Virus record (IMG/VR): IMGVR_UViG_3300028908_000006
Span: 1-64,000 of that record
DNA: 64,000 bases
Strand: one strand, 5' to 3'
DNA from: a virus
Within the stretch, counting starts at the first letter, position 1. Every line of letters begins with the position of its first letter. A model generated the notes under the pieces. The model did not search any database. It was not told the DNA's origin and saw nothing but the letters and a program-made list of their open reading frames with translations. Shown here in pieces: positions 46,198 through 55,324 of this stretch. Both the position numbers and the translations under genes were made by a program.

Positions 46198-46799
46198 AAC
46201 CTCCTTGTATCTAATTTGAATTGTATTGTAAAGTTACCTGAAAACAGGTTATAGATGACGTTTACAATGCTATCGGTAATGTGTTTTCTCTTGTAGTCTA
46301 TCAAGAACGGGTATTCATCTGCTATCTTTCTGACGAAATCGTCAAATGTGATGTCTGAAACGAGTTTATTGCCTGTATGCTCCAGAAGCAAGCAGGATCT
46401 GATGAATCCGAATCCAAGCCCAATGAGGGGCCCGTATCCAGGATTTCTGGCCTCTTCTTCAGACTCAAATACAATCTCTATCGTAAGCAATGACCACAAG
46501 GCGCTATTGTGTAGATGAGTGCTTTCGTGGTCTATGTAAAAATCATAGGAAGCAAAGGCGTCCCTGGCCATCATTCTCAGAATATCGAGGGTTGCCTCAT
46601 CATCCCTGTAACTCATTACTTTCTTTTCATCCACTCGAATTTCTATCATCTTGTTTTCCTCATAGTGTCGATGACTGGTTGCCACGTATATTATTTGAGA
46701 AAATTCCCTTTCATTGTTTAAATCAAGTCTTGATCCAACATAAAGCCTGTTATTTACCTTACTTACTATTTCTGAGACTTTGTTCTGTATAGGAGTCAT
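46194..46799 (-). CDS. hypothetical protein
   Basis: 201 aa; AGGAGG RBS. Confidence 0.6.
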   Translation of the reverse strand: MTPIQNKVSEIVSKVNNRLYVGSRLDLNNEREFSQIIYVATSHRHYEENKMIEIRVDEKKVMSYRDDEATLDILRMMARDAFASYDFYIDHESTHLHNSALWSLLTIEIVFESEEEARNPGYGPLIGLGFGFIRSCLLLEHTGNKLVSDITFDDFVRKIADEYPFLIDYKRKHITDSIVNVIYNLFSGNFTIQFKLDTRRF

Positions 46800-46825
46800 T
46801 TGGAAACCTCCTTTGTCCCGATCGT

Positions 46826-46902
46826 TGGAGCCGGTGGAGGGACTCGAACCCTCAACCTATGGATTACAAATCCATTGCTCTACCAAATTGAGCTACACCG
46901 GC
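46826..46902 (-). tRNA. tRNA-Thr(TGT)
   Basis: GCCGGTG...ATGGA-TT-TGT-AA-TCCAT...GTTCGAGT...CACCGGC-TCCA. Confidence 0.93.
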
Positions 46903-46955
46903 TTTTCAAACGCTGAATAACATTTTATAATCCAATCAAAAACGGAGGTGATCTT

Positions 46956-47318
46956 ATGGTGCGTGGCGAAACAATAACAGTATCAGCCATTGGATGTTCT
47001 TATTTTCCTCTCACTTCCATCGATGTCATCAAAAACTTCCTTATTAACACAGTTAAACTGCTTGGTATGACTCCTGTAGATGACACTCTCACCATAAGAA
47101 CCTTTCCAACCCTTGATGGTAGAGGAGACTATGGTATCTCTGGATTTTTGATTTTAACAGAATCCCACATCTCTGTCCATACATGGCCCCAGGAAAAATT
47201 CATCAGGGTAGAGTTCTCGTCCTGTAAACCTCAGGATGAAAGTGAAAAGATCATAGAATCGTGCATAGAGGCTACATTCATCCCGGATTCCATGAAAACC
47301 ATGAAATTGAGATGGTGA
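46956..47318 (+). CDS. speD: S-adenosylmethionine decarboxylase proenzyme
   Basis: GISGFLILTESHISVHTWPQ, FSSC. Confidence 0.88.
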   Translation: MVRGETITVSAIGCSYFPLTSIDVIKNFLINTVKLLGMTPVDDTLTIRTFPTLDGRGDYGISGFLILTESHISVHTWPQEKFIRVEFSSCKPQDESEKIIESCIEATFIPDSMKTMKLRW

Positions 47319-47527
47319 CTCAATCGTCATTATTCAGAAACTCTCTCTGTAAGAACTTTTCATGGCGTTCAAGGGCTGTAATGAATTTCTTGTTTCTTTT
47401 GAGATGTTGTATCTTGACATGAGACCGATGTCCTAGTAAATTGAAGAGGTAACGAGGAAGCTTCTTTTTTGATCTTGGGCTCCTGTATTTAGGCATCACA
47501 AAAAATGAGTTAGCATAGGAGGATTCG

Positions 47528-47992
47528 ATGCAGCAGGATGTTTCTATCATTGAAAGGTTCAATTTTTCTGGGAGTGACATCCCAAAGACGTTCATGGATC
47601 TTGAGAAGTGTATCGGCAAGAGCTATGAGAATGAGAGGGAACGTGCACTTGTCTCCATTGTTTTGACTGTAAGTTTTTCAGTTGCATCCAACAAGCACCC
47701 ATCTTTCATCCTCATGAAGGGGCTCCTCTCAAAGGATGGCGTGACCTACACCTACAATGATATTGCCTGGCGTATCTATGATTTTTTGACGAAATGTATC
47801 TCTTATCTTCGGAAAAGAGAATATGAGCGTTATGTCGTTTCCATCATACAGGAGCTTCTTGCCCTTGATGACATGGATTTCCAGCAGCTGATTAGCGTAG
47901 CTCAGTTGCTGGGGGCAATTAAGGAAGACCTCAACATCAATGATAAGATGGATTTGAATAGGGTCTTTACTGAAAACAAGAAACCAATCTAA
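47528..47992 (+). CDS. hypothetical protein
   Basis: AGGA RBS; 154 aa. Confidence 0.6.
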   Translation: MQQDVSIIERFNFSGSDIPKTFMDLEKCIGKSYENERERALVSIVLTVSFSVASNKHPSFILMKGLLSKDGVTYTYNDIAWRIYDFLTKCISYLRKREYERYVVSIIQELLALDDMDFQQLISVAQLLGAIKEDLNINDKMDLNRVFTENKKPI

Positions 47993-48005
47993 TCTATTCT
48001 CGTGT

Positions 48006-48079
48006 GGGCCTGTAGCTCAGCTGGTTAGAGCCACCGGCTCATAACCGGTAGGTCCCTGGTTCAAGTCCAGGCAGGCCCA
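48006..48079 (+). tRNA. tRNA with CAT anticodon, probably Ile2 (lysidine); CCA not encoded
   Basis: GGGCCTG...ACCGG-CT-CAT-AA-CCGGT...GTTCAAGT...CAGGCCC-A; Ile-type acceptor stem. Confidence 0.88.
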
Positions 48080-48080
48080 C

Positions 48081-48899
48081 TCAAGTCAAAAACCTTACAT
48101 TAGCATCTAAATTATCACCACGTCTGAAGAATTCGATAGCCACCGTCCCTGTCACGTTTGGTGGGTAACCGGCCTTTTCTTCATAATCACTTGCATCTGA
48201 TCTTGATTTTCTGAAACCAGCTATCCTTATCAACCAGCGTGTTTTTTCAATAAGAGATGTGCCGTTGAGGTTAAGAGAAACTACCCTTTCAGGGGCGGCC
48301 ATCATATCGTGGGCATGGCCGGCTATGTATATGTCAGCATCAAAATTTTTACTCATGAGGGATAATCTGTTGAGTTTGTTGCCTTTGTATAACCCACCTC
48401 CGAAGCCGTGGCTCAGATAAAGGCTTGCTGAAAATCTGCTTTTCTTTCCAAAGAAGAGCTTTACAAGGGCCTCGTATGGATATGAGTTTTGTTTTATTCC
48501 CAGACGTTCCGCTATTATAGCTACTATATCAACCCCGACAGTTTTCCTGTATTTGTCATCATGGTTTCCACTTAACATCAGAAGCAGCTTGTCCTTTATA
48601 GGGGAGAACTCCTCTACGATGAGATCTATGGTGGCTGTAATTATATCCCCTGCTCTGTTCTTGAGATAGCGATTCAATAACTTGCCATCATATCTGCGGT
48701 CCCCAGGGGGGATGAACTCTCCCATATCACCAAGACAGATCCAGTAACAGGATGGTGTCTCTTTGATGAATGTCTTTACCCTCTCCCAGGATTGATGGTC
48801 GTGGGCTATACTGCCAAAGTGAGTGTCTGATACAGGCACTATGGTTATAGGCTTGGTGGTGGTTGGCGTTTCTGGTATCCTTATCTGAAAGCAATCCAT
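48081..48899 (-). CDS. calcineurin-like metallophosphoesterase
   Basis: SDTHFG, LGD, GNHD, SHG, GHAHD. Confidence 0.85.
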   Translation of the reverse strand: MDCFQIRIPETPTTTKPITIVPVSDTHFGSIAHDHQSWERVKTFIKETPSCYWICLGDMGEFIPPGDRRYDGKLLNRYLKNRAGDIITATIDLIVEEFSPIKDKLLLMLSGNHDDKYRKTVGVDIVAIIAERLGIKQNSYPYEALVKLFFGKKSRFSASLYLSHGFGGGLYKGNKLNRLSLMSKNFDADIYIAGHAHDMMAAPERVVSLNLNGTSLIEKTRWLIRIAGFRKSRSDASDYEEKAGYPPNVTGTVAIEFFRRGDNLDANVRFLT

Positions 48900-48911
48900 T
48901 TGTGAGGGGGA

Positions 48912-49196
48912 ATGTTAGTGAAGGAGAAGATACTTTCCTTGATACCAAAGGAAAAGCAAGGAGCTATTGTTGGTGATGAATTGTTTTTCGAATGCCCCAA
49001 TCCTGAACATGATGATGAAAACTATACGAACTGTTCTATAAACTTGAAAACAGGCCTGTATTATTGCTTTGTGTGTGGAGAGAAAGGCAACTTGAAGAAA
49101 CTAAGTCGCATTTACAAATCGTCATCTAACAATATGGAGTATGATCCATTCAAGCCCGCTAAACAGGGCGTCAAACGAAGCTGGAGAATATGGTGA
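48912..49196 (+). CDS. stand-alone CHC2 primase-type Zn-finger protein
   Basis: CPNPEHDD...SIN...YYCFVCGEKG. Confidence 0.7.
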   Translation: MLVKEKILSLIPKEKQGAIVGDELFFECPNPEHDDENYTNCSINLKTGLYYCFVCGEKGNLKKLSRIYKSSSNNMEYDPFKPAKQGVKRSWRIW

Positions 49197-50656
49197 GTGA
49201 TCCCAGAATCGAAGTAAGTGACGTAGCCCACCCATACCACACCAGTAACGTGTCTTTGTGGCGTGAGTGCCACCTCGCTTTTAGAGGTGGTAAGGAGTTT
49301 ATAGAGTATGTGATCTCACGCCATCAGCTTGAACTTGATGATGATTTTTACATCCGTAAAAAGAGAGCCTTCTACCTGAATTTCGTGAAACGGATCGTAA
49401 ATACGATGACGGACATCATTTTCGATAATATGATAGTCCGTCCAACGATTGATAAATACAAAGTTTTAAAACCTTTTTACAAGAAAGCGTCTTTCTATGG
49501 CGAATCGTATGAGACCTTCATAAGGAGAGTTTCAAAACTCTCCTCTGTTTTTGGTTGGGTAGTGGTGGCCGTTGATTTCTTCGGGACAAAGGTACCCACT
49601 CTTGCTGATGTTGAAAATGGTGTTGCATACCCGCGTTTGAGGCTCTTCACTCCCCTTGAATTTGTTGATTGGCAGAGAAATGGTGATGGGTTCAAGTATG
49701 GGGTGGTGAAGAGAGAGGTCTATGTGAAGGAAGATCCTGACAATCCGTTTTCTGAGACAAAGAACATAGATGAATATATCCTTTATACCGATAAAGAAGT
49801 CGTTGTAATCAGAGAGGATGTAATTTCAGCACGTTACAAGCATAACCTCGGATTCGCTCCTTTGATCCTGGTAAATGATTCCACAGTTGACGAGTTTGGG
49901 TTCTCTGAACCCCTCATCAAGGATGCCTCTCGAATAGCGGCCACAATAGTAAACTGGTCGTCTGTTCTTGATGAGGTCTTTTCAAGACAGACATTGTCCC
50001 AGCTTGTCTATCCCAATGAAGGGTCAATTGAAGAGGAAGCAGCAAGGCTCCTGGATCGTAGCAACATCCAGGGCCAGATCTCAAACCTGGATGATCTGGC
50101 TAACTTCGAGAAACTAGTGTTGAAGAAGATAGGGACGGCCAAAGTATTTACATATCCGGCAAATGCCGGCCACCCTCCACAATATATCTCACCACCGGCT
50201 TCTGATATGAGGATTGGCTGGGAGATAATAATGCAGCTTGCCCAGGTGATGTTCTTCCTTGTTGGTCTTGGTAGTGTGAGAGAAGATATTTATACAGCAT
50301 CTTCCAAGGCCAGAGAGTCTGCTCTTTCTTTGATGAAGTCATACCTTAAGGATAAGGCAAACAATCTTCAAACAGCAGAAGAGAATATTCTTCAAACATT
50401 CTTTGCCTATATGCCGCCAAGCATTTGCCCTGCATCTATTGAAGTTAAGTATCCAGCCGAGATAGATCCTGGTCCTTATATTGATTTCTTTAACGCTACT
50501 GTTCAGTCTCTCATTAAACCGAACATATCAACGGAATTCAACAAGGCAATTCTTAAGAAGCTCGTAGATAAGTGCCCATACTTGACAGATGAAGAGAAGA
50601 GTGTTATAAAAGACGAAATAGATGCTTCTTCTGGCATATTCAACATTCCAAAATAA
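49190..50656 (+). CDS. portal protein
   Basis: HP.Y...W..C...F.GG..F, R.KRA.YLN, YISP; 488 aa at the start of the head module. Confidence 0.8.
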   Translation: MVSDPRIEVSDVAHPYHTSNVSLWRECHLAFRGGKEFIEYVISRHQLELDDDFYIRKKRAFYLNFVKRIVNTMTDIIFDNMIVRPTIDKYKVLKPFYKKASFYGESYETFIRRVSKLSSVFGWVVVAVDFFGTKVPTLADVENGVAYPRLRLFTPLEFVDWQRNGDGFKYGVVKREVYVKEDPDNPFSETKNIDEYILYTDKEVVVIREDVISARYKHNLGFAPLILVNDSTVDEFGFSEPLIKDASRIAATIVNWSSVLDEVFSRQTLSQLVYPNEGSIEEEAARLLDRSNIQGQISNLDDLANFEKLVLKKIGTAKVFTYPANAGHPPQYISPPASDMRIGWEIIMQLAQVMFFLVGLGSVREDIYTASSKARESALSLMKSYLKDKANNLQTAEENILQTFFAYMPPSICPASIEVKYPAEIDPGPYIDFFNATVQSLIKPNISTEFNKAILKKLVDKCPYLTDEEKSVIKDEIDASSGIFNIPK

Positions 50657-50690
50657 AGAGCCAAATAAATCCTAATAAAGGAGGTTTTGT

Positions 50691-51572
50691 ATGCCTGATA
50701 AGGACAAGGATAAAGATGTGCAGAAAGATGTCCATGATGGACAACAGCCAAACGTGAATGACGATGATGGTCGTTCAACGACTGATGCCGTTAAGAAAGG
50801 TATTGACGACATAAAGAAACAGGCTGCATCTACCAATGATCCTGAAGTGTTGAAGATCCTGCTGGACAAAATAACCTCTCTTGAAGAGCGTTTGTTGGAG
50901 TTACAACGACAGGAGGCTGAGAGGAAGGAACGAGAGGAGCAGGAAATACTGAAGCGTATGTCTGAGACTGAGAGGTTACGTTATGAGCTTGAGAAGAAGG
51001 AAAAGGAAATTGAGAAGGTTAAGAAGGAGCTTGAGGAGAGCCTTGGGAAGAAAGCGAGGGAGCTTGAAGAGCGTCTCAAGAAATATGAAGAGGATCGCAA
51101 AAAGCTTGCTGAAGCAGCGGCCAGGGCAAAAGCATTAGAGGCCGCTTCAAGATTTGGAGCATACAATCCTGAGCAGGTTTATCTCCTTATCAAGGACAAT
51201 CTTGTGGCTGGAGAAGACGGAAGCGTATTTGTAAGAGTGCGTGATGGTGAGCAATTCAAGCAGGTTCCTGTGGATGAGTATCTTAAAGAATTTCTTGCCC
51301 GTCCAGAAAACAAGAACCTCCTCAAAACCAATGCTGCTATTGGGGACAGGGATATAAGGCCCGAGGAAGGGGTAAAGACTTCCGCCCCATCTGCTGAAGG
51401 ACTCACTCCAGAGGTCGAGAAATTCTGGCGTGGTCTGTCTGAGCGTCAAAAGGAAAACATCATGAACAAAGCTATGATTATGAAGCGGCCGTGGCAGGAA
51501 CTGGCTCACCTGGAGTATATCAAATATACAAAGGCCAAACAATACAAGGAAAAATATATGAAGCGATCTTAA
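50691..51572 (+). CDS. head scaffolding protein
   Basis: long charged coiled coil; GAYNPEQV. Confidence 0.7.
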   Translation: MPDKDKDKDVQKDVHDGQQPNVNDDDGRSTTDAVKKGIDDIKKQAASTNDPEVLKILLDKITSLEERLLELQRQEAERKEREEQEILKRMSETERLRYELEKKEKEIEKVKKELEESLGKKARELEERLKKYEEDRKKLAEAAARAKALEAASRFGAYNPEQVYLLIKDNLVAGEDGSVFVRVRDGEQFKQVPVDEYLKEFLARPENKNLLKTNAAIGDRDIRPEEGVKTSAPSAEGLTPEVEKFWRGLSERQKENIMNKAMIMKRPWQELAHLEYIKYTKAKQYKEKYMKRS

Positions 51573-51601
51573 CTCCTGATTCAGAAATGACGAGTCAGGA
51601 G
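51573..51601 (+). promoter_or_regulatory. hairpin partly sequestering the RBS of 51612
   Basis: CTCCTGATTC...GAGTCAGGAG. Confidence 0.55.
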
Positions 51602-51611
51602 GGAAGCTATT

Positions 51612-51857
51612 ATGGCCAGAAAGAAGTCCAAGTTTAGAGTCCAGGAAGCTATCAAGCGTCCTGGTCGTGTTAGGAGCTACATCAAGAGACTTTATGGTGA
51701 CAGGGCATTTACCAAGCAGGGCACGATCAAGCAGGAGTATCTCATGCGTGCCATTGAACGTGTCAAGAATTCCAGAATGCCTAAGGAAAAGAAGAAGTCG
51801 TTACTTTCTGCACTAAATCTGGCAAGGAATCTCAAGTCTTGGGCAAAGAAGAGATAA
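51612..51857 (+). CDS. basic DNA-binding virion protein resembling fusellovirus (SSV1) VP2
   Basis: VQEAIKRPGRV..Y..RLYG.RAFTK.G.IK..YL..AI..VK....PKEKK.SLLSAL.LA..LK. Confidence 0.75.
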   Translation: MARKKSKFRVQEAIKRPGRVRSYIKRLYGDRAFTKQGTIKQEYLMRAIERVKNSRMPKEKKKSLLSALNLARNLKSWAKKR

Positions 51858-52276
51858 ACGAAATTGTCGAGCTTTCAGAGGTTATAGAAGAGGCTCAGGA
51901 TGATATGGTTGACATTCCTGAGCCTCTTCATGCTGGTGAAATAACAGATCCCCATGAGATTGAAGAGAAGCTGGCTGAACTTCCGGAGGAGCTAAAAACC
52001 CATGCTGCTCAGGGGATATTGAAGAAGATTGATGAGGGGCTTGAGTGGGCTGAGAGAGGAGTGAGACAGTTCTTCAATACCTCTCCGAAGAGAGCTGTAG
52101 AGTTCCAGCAAAACTACATTTCATTCCTGGAACTTAAAGCCAAAATCCTGAAACTCATCTCTGATACCGGTAGCACGAAACAACAGGCTGTTAGTGCACA
52201 ACAGAATAACATCATTGTAGATCCTGAATCGGCAAAGGAACTTGTTAACAAGCTGGTAAAGAAGCTCTATGAATAA
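51839..52276 (+). CDS. hypothetical protein, possibly terminase small subunit
   Basis: immediately upstream of TerL; QQNNIIV tail. Confidence 0.45.
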   Translation: MGKEEINEIVELSEVIEEAQDDMVDIPEPLHAGEITDPHEIEEKLAELPEELKTHAAQGILKKIDEGLEWAERGVRQFFNTSPKRAVEFQQNYISFLELKAKILKLISDTGSTKQQAVSAQQNNIIVDPESAKELVNKLVKKLYE

Positions 52277-53849
52277 CATTGATGTCTCAAGTCTTTCAGA
52301 CAATGAAAGGAAACTTCTCGGATATGCTTGTTCACTTGATTTCAAGGCTTTTATAGCCGTCTGTCTGAGAGACCAACTCAACTATCCTTTTTCGCCCTTC
52401 CATGATTTCATTTGTGACCTTATAACCCATAAGCTTGGGAGCAGGATGCGATATGTGGTAGCAGCTCCCCGTGGATTTGGAAAGAGCTCCATCATAACGG
52501 AAGCTGCTGCCTTATGGCTTATCTGTCGTAGAGAATACATTTCTCTGTCCGATAGAGATCCAAGGAATAAAAACTACATCATAGTGATTTCAGACACCAT
52601 AGATCAGGCCGTGGAGCACCTGGCAAACGTAAAAGAGTTGCTTGTGAACAATGATACGATACGGATGTTGTTTCCAAATGCTTCTGGTGAGGGGCGGGTA
52701 TGGAAATCAGACATGATTGTTTCAAGATCCGGGGTTGTGGTGAGATCTCTTGGAACGACATCCAAGATAAGAGGACGGAGATTTGGGTTTGCAAGGCCGG
52801 ATCTTGTCCTTGCGGATGATATAGAGAATCTTGAAATGGTGCAATCTGAATCTATGAGGAACTATCTCTATGAGTGGTTCACGCGTGACGTGTTGAAAGC
52901 AGTTGATCCGGAACGCTCAGATGTCATCGTGGTTGGAACGATAATATCCAAGAATGCTTTACTATACAAGTTGTTTCACTCTGAAGAATTTGCAGGGTGG
53001 GATGGTAGGAAGTTCAAAGCCATTATTTCCTGGCCAAAGAGGATGGATCTGTGGGATGCCTTTGGTGAGATCATAAAAGATCGCAGAGATCCGAATAGAT
53101 TCCAGAAAGCTATGGAATTTTATGAAGCGCACAAAGAGGAGATGGACGAGGGTGCTGAGATACTATGGCCTCAGAGATTTACTCTTGTTGACCACATGAC
53201 AGAGTTCTATCTCGAAGGCAAAAAAACGTTCATGCTGGAAAGACAGAATGAGGTTGTGGAAGATGTAGATCGTGTCTTTGAGATTGATAAATACTACTAT
53301 TATCAGGATGAGGAGCTGGAAGAAATACCAAAATCAAGACTCCTTTTCTATATGTATGTAGATCCAGCCACGGGCAAGAAGAAAGGCAGATCACGAAAAC
53401 AATCAACTGATATGTTTGCCTGTGTGGTGATAGCAAAGGACATTGGAACGAACGTGTATTATCTGATAGATTACTACGCTGATATTATATCACCCAACAG
53501 GCAATTCGCTGTAATAAAGAAATTCATAAACACATATCCGATATACAGGTTCTTCGTGGAATCAAATACAAGCCAGTTCTACTACTACGAGTCGTTGAGA
53601 GATTGGTTGTTGAGGTCCGGGATACATCGCCCGATACCGAGACCTCATGTGAACAAGGAAAACAAAGAAAGAAGGATTGAGGCTCTGGCACCGTATCTTG
53701 AGAACTGGACATTGAGACTGTCTCCAAACCACAGACAGATGATAAGGGATCTTGAGGATTATCCGGCAGTAGAATACGATGACCTTCTTGATTGCCTTTC
53801 ATCCTGTTTCTTCAATGCATACAAACAAAGGAGATTGGTTATTGCCTGA
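52269..53849 (+). CDS. terminase large subunit
   Basis: APRGFGKS, RGRR..ARPDLVLADDIE, VVGT, YVDPA, FVESN, YDDLLD. Confidence 0.93.
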   Translation: MNNIDVSSLSDNERKLLGYACSLDFKAFIAVCLRDQLNYPFSPFHDFICDLITHKLGSRMRYVVAAPRGFGKSSIITEAAALWLICRREYISLSDRDPRNKNYIIVISDTIDQAVEHLANVKELLVNNDTIRMLFPNASGEGRVWKSDMIVSRSGVVVRSLGTTSKIRGRRFGFARPDLVLADDIENLEMVQSESMRNYLYEWFTRDVLKAVDPERSDVIVVGTIISKNALLYKLFHSEEFAGWDGRKFKAIISWPKRMDLWDAFGEIIKDRRDPNRFQKAMEFYEAHKEEMDEGAEILWPQRFTLVDHMTEFYLEGKKTFMLERQNEVVEDVDRVFEIDKYYYYQDEELEEIPKSRLLFYMYVDPATGKKKGRSRKQSTDMFACVVIAKDIGTNVYYLIDYYADIISPNRQFAVIKKFINTYPIYRFFVESNTSQFYYYESLRDWLLRSGIHRPIPRPHVNKENKERRIEALAPYLENWTLRLSPNHRQMIRDLEDYPAVEYDDLLDCLSSCFFNAYKQRRLVIA

Positions 53850-54436
53850 TGTTTACCATAGCTGTCAAGCAAAGAAATCCCATCACAAAAGAACCAGCTC
53901 TATGGTTTTATTCACCAAGATGTTCTCTATGTTGCCGTGATTGCATAGTTCCGTTCAAGACGCAGACAGATTACACGAAACTCGATATTGTGCCTGTCAC
54001 AGAGAGATACAGGAACGAAATATCAAGTCTCGTTCTCTATCTTGGTAACATGACACAGAAGCCACATATCATTATAAAATATCTAAACGTGTTCAAATCT
54101 AGGTGGCCTGGGCTGAAACGCTACATTGCCTTCGCTGTCCCAAGCCTTGGTTATCTCTGGAAGTATTTCACCTACAATCTTGCTGATGGGCTTATATTTG
54201 ATCTCCATGCCCCGGCAGTAGTGCCAAGATCAGGGAAGCCTCCCCTCATGAAAGAAACCTGCTGCAATGAAAGACAGTTTATCCAAGCTCTCATTTTGTT
54301 GAGAGCGCTTGAAACGGACCCAAAGTCACCTCCTCATGTAATACGGGTGATGTTTGATCCCAGAAGATACAAGGCTAACCATGTTAAGGAATGGATGGGC
54401 TGGCTTAAAAATACATTTCCATTGGAGATGCCGTGA
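53849..54436 (+). CDS. degenerate radical-SAM-like protein (CxxxCxxC)
   Basis: PALWFYSPRCSLCCRDC; ADGLIFDLHAP; no GGEP. Confidence 0.4.
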   Translation: MFTIAVKQRNPITKEPALWFYSPRCSLCCRDCIVPFKTQTDYTKLDIVPVTERYRNEISSLVLYLGNMTQKPHIIIKYLNVFKSRWPGLKRYIAFAVPSLGYLWKYFTYNLADGLIFDLHAPAVVPRSGKPPLMKETCCNERQFIQALILLRALETDPKSPPHVIRVMFDPRRYKANHVKEWMGWLKNTFPLEMP

Positions 54437-54690
54437 AGGATAATATCATTTCCCTTTCAGAAAAGAGGAAAGAGAAAAAGGAGTTTGAAAAGGTTGTTCT
54501 TTCTGGTATCTGGGAAGCTATCTTCCAGAACATCCTGAAAGTGATTGAAAAAGATCCAGACGCAGTCTCATTCGTTCTCATCACCTGGGACAAGAACTCA
54601 AACACGATAGACTGTCAGGCACACTCAGAGGGACCAGCTGATGTCCTGGTGATGATTGAGAAGGTGAAACACTACTTGATGGAAGACTAG
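54433..54690 (+). CDS. hypothetical protein
   Basis: 85 aa; coupled start. Confidence 0.6.
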   Translation: MKDNIISLSEKRKEKKEFEKVVLSGIWEAIFQNILKVIEKDPDAVSFVLITWDKNSNTIDCQAHSEGPADVLVMIEKVKHYLMED

Positions 54691-54696
54691 TTTACT

Positions 54697-55227
54697 TTAG
54701 GTTATTCCAAGTTTTTCTACAAACCAGGGAATATTTGGGATTACTTCTTCCGGATGCATCTCTTCCATTTTCTTCCTCAGGCTTAAAATAATATCTTCTC
54801 TTGCAAACCTGAACGTCTCTAAATCATCCAAAAACCTCAGAAGCCCAAGATAGCAGAAATCTGCAGGAAGGGGTGCCTTTGGGGAGATGAATCCATGCGG
54901 ATAAGTCTGTTTTATTTCTTTGTTTTTGATGGTGGTGATGTGGTAGAATAATTCGCTGCGCCATTGAACAAAATAAGGAACTCTGATAACTCGCATTCCA
55001 TATTCTCTTAGAAGGCTTGATTTACTCTTATCGTTGAGAATCACTTTTGCCTTCGTGTAATGTAACGGACCATCGAACTCTACGACAGTATCAAGGTCTG
55101 GGATATAAATATCTGGAATAACTACTCTTCCAGCAACCTTTATCCTTTTGTTTCTTTCAATTTTTAATTCACATTCTCTTTTTAAGTATCTGTATAACCT
55201 TTCTTCCGTTAGAAACTTTTCTCTCAT
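54697..55227 (-). CDS. DUF559/Vsr-like PD-(D/E)xK endonuclease (free-standing homing endonuclease candidate)
   Basis: IPDIYI...VVEFDGPLHY...GMRVIRVPY; real start near MREK. Confidence 0.75.
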   Translation of the reverse strand: MREKFLTEERLYRYLKRECELKIERNKRIKVAGRVVIPDIYIPDLDTVVEFDGPLHYTKAKVILNDKSKSSLLREYGMRVIRVPYFVQWRSELFYHITTIKNKEIKQTYPHGFISPKAPLPADFCYLGLLRFLDDLETFRFAREDIILSLRKKMEEMHPEEVIPNIPWFVEKLGIT

Positions 55228-55276
55228 AGCGATGTATCTACCACAGAAGCTTGTTGTAGTCAAGATTAAAAATTTT

Positions 55277-55324
55277 AGCCTAACTACTTCCTCCCAAAAT
55301 AACAAGGATAGGAGGAAGTAGTTA
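55277..55324 (+). promoter_or_regulatory. late leader: 22-bp conserved element and 14-bp RBS-sequestering hairpin
   Basis: TAACTACTTCCTCC/GGAGGAAGTAGTTA perfect stem. Confidence 0.75.
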
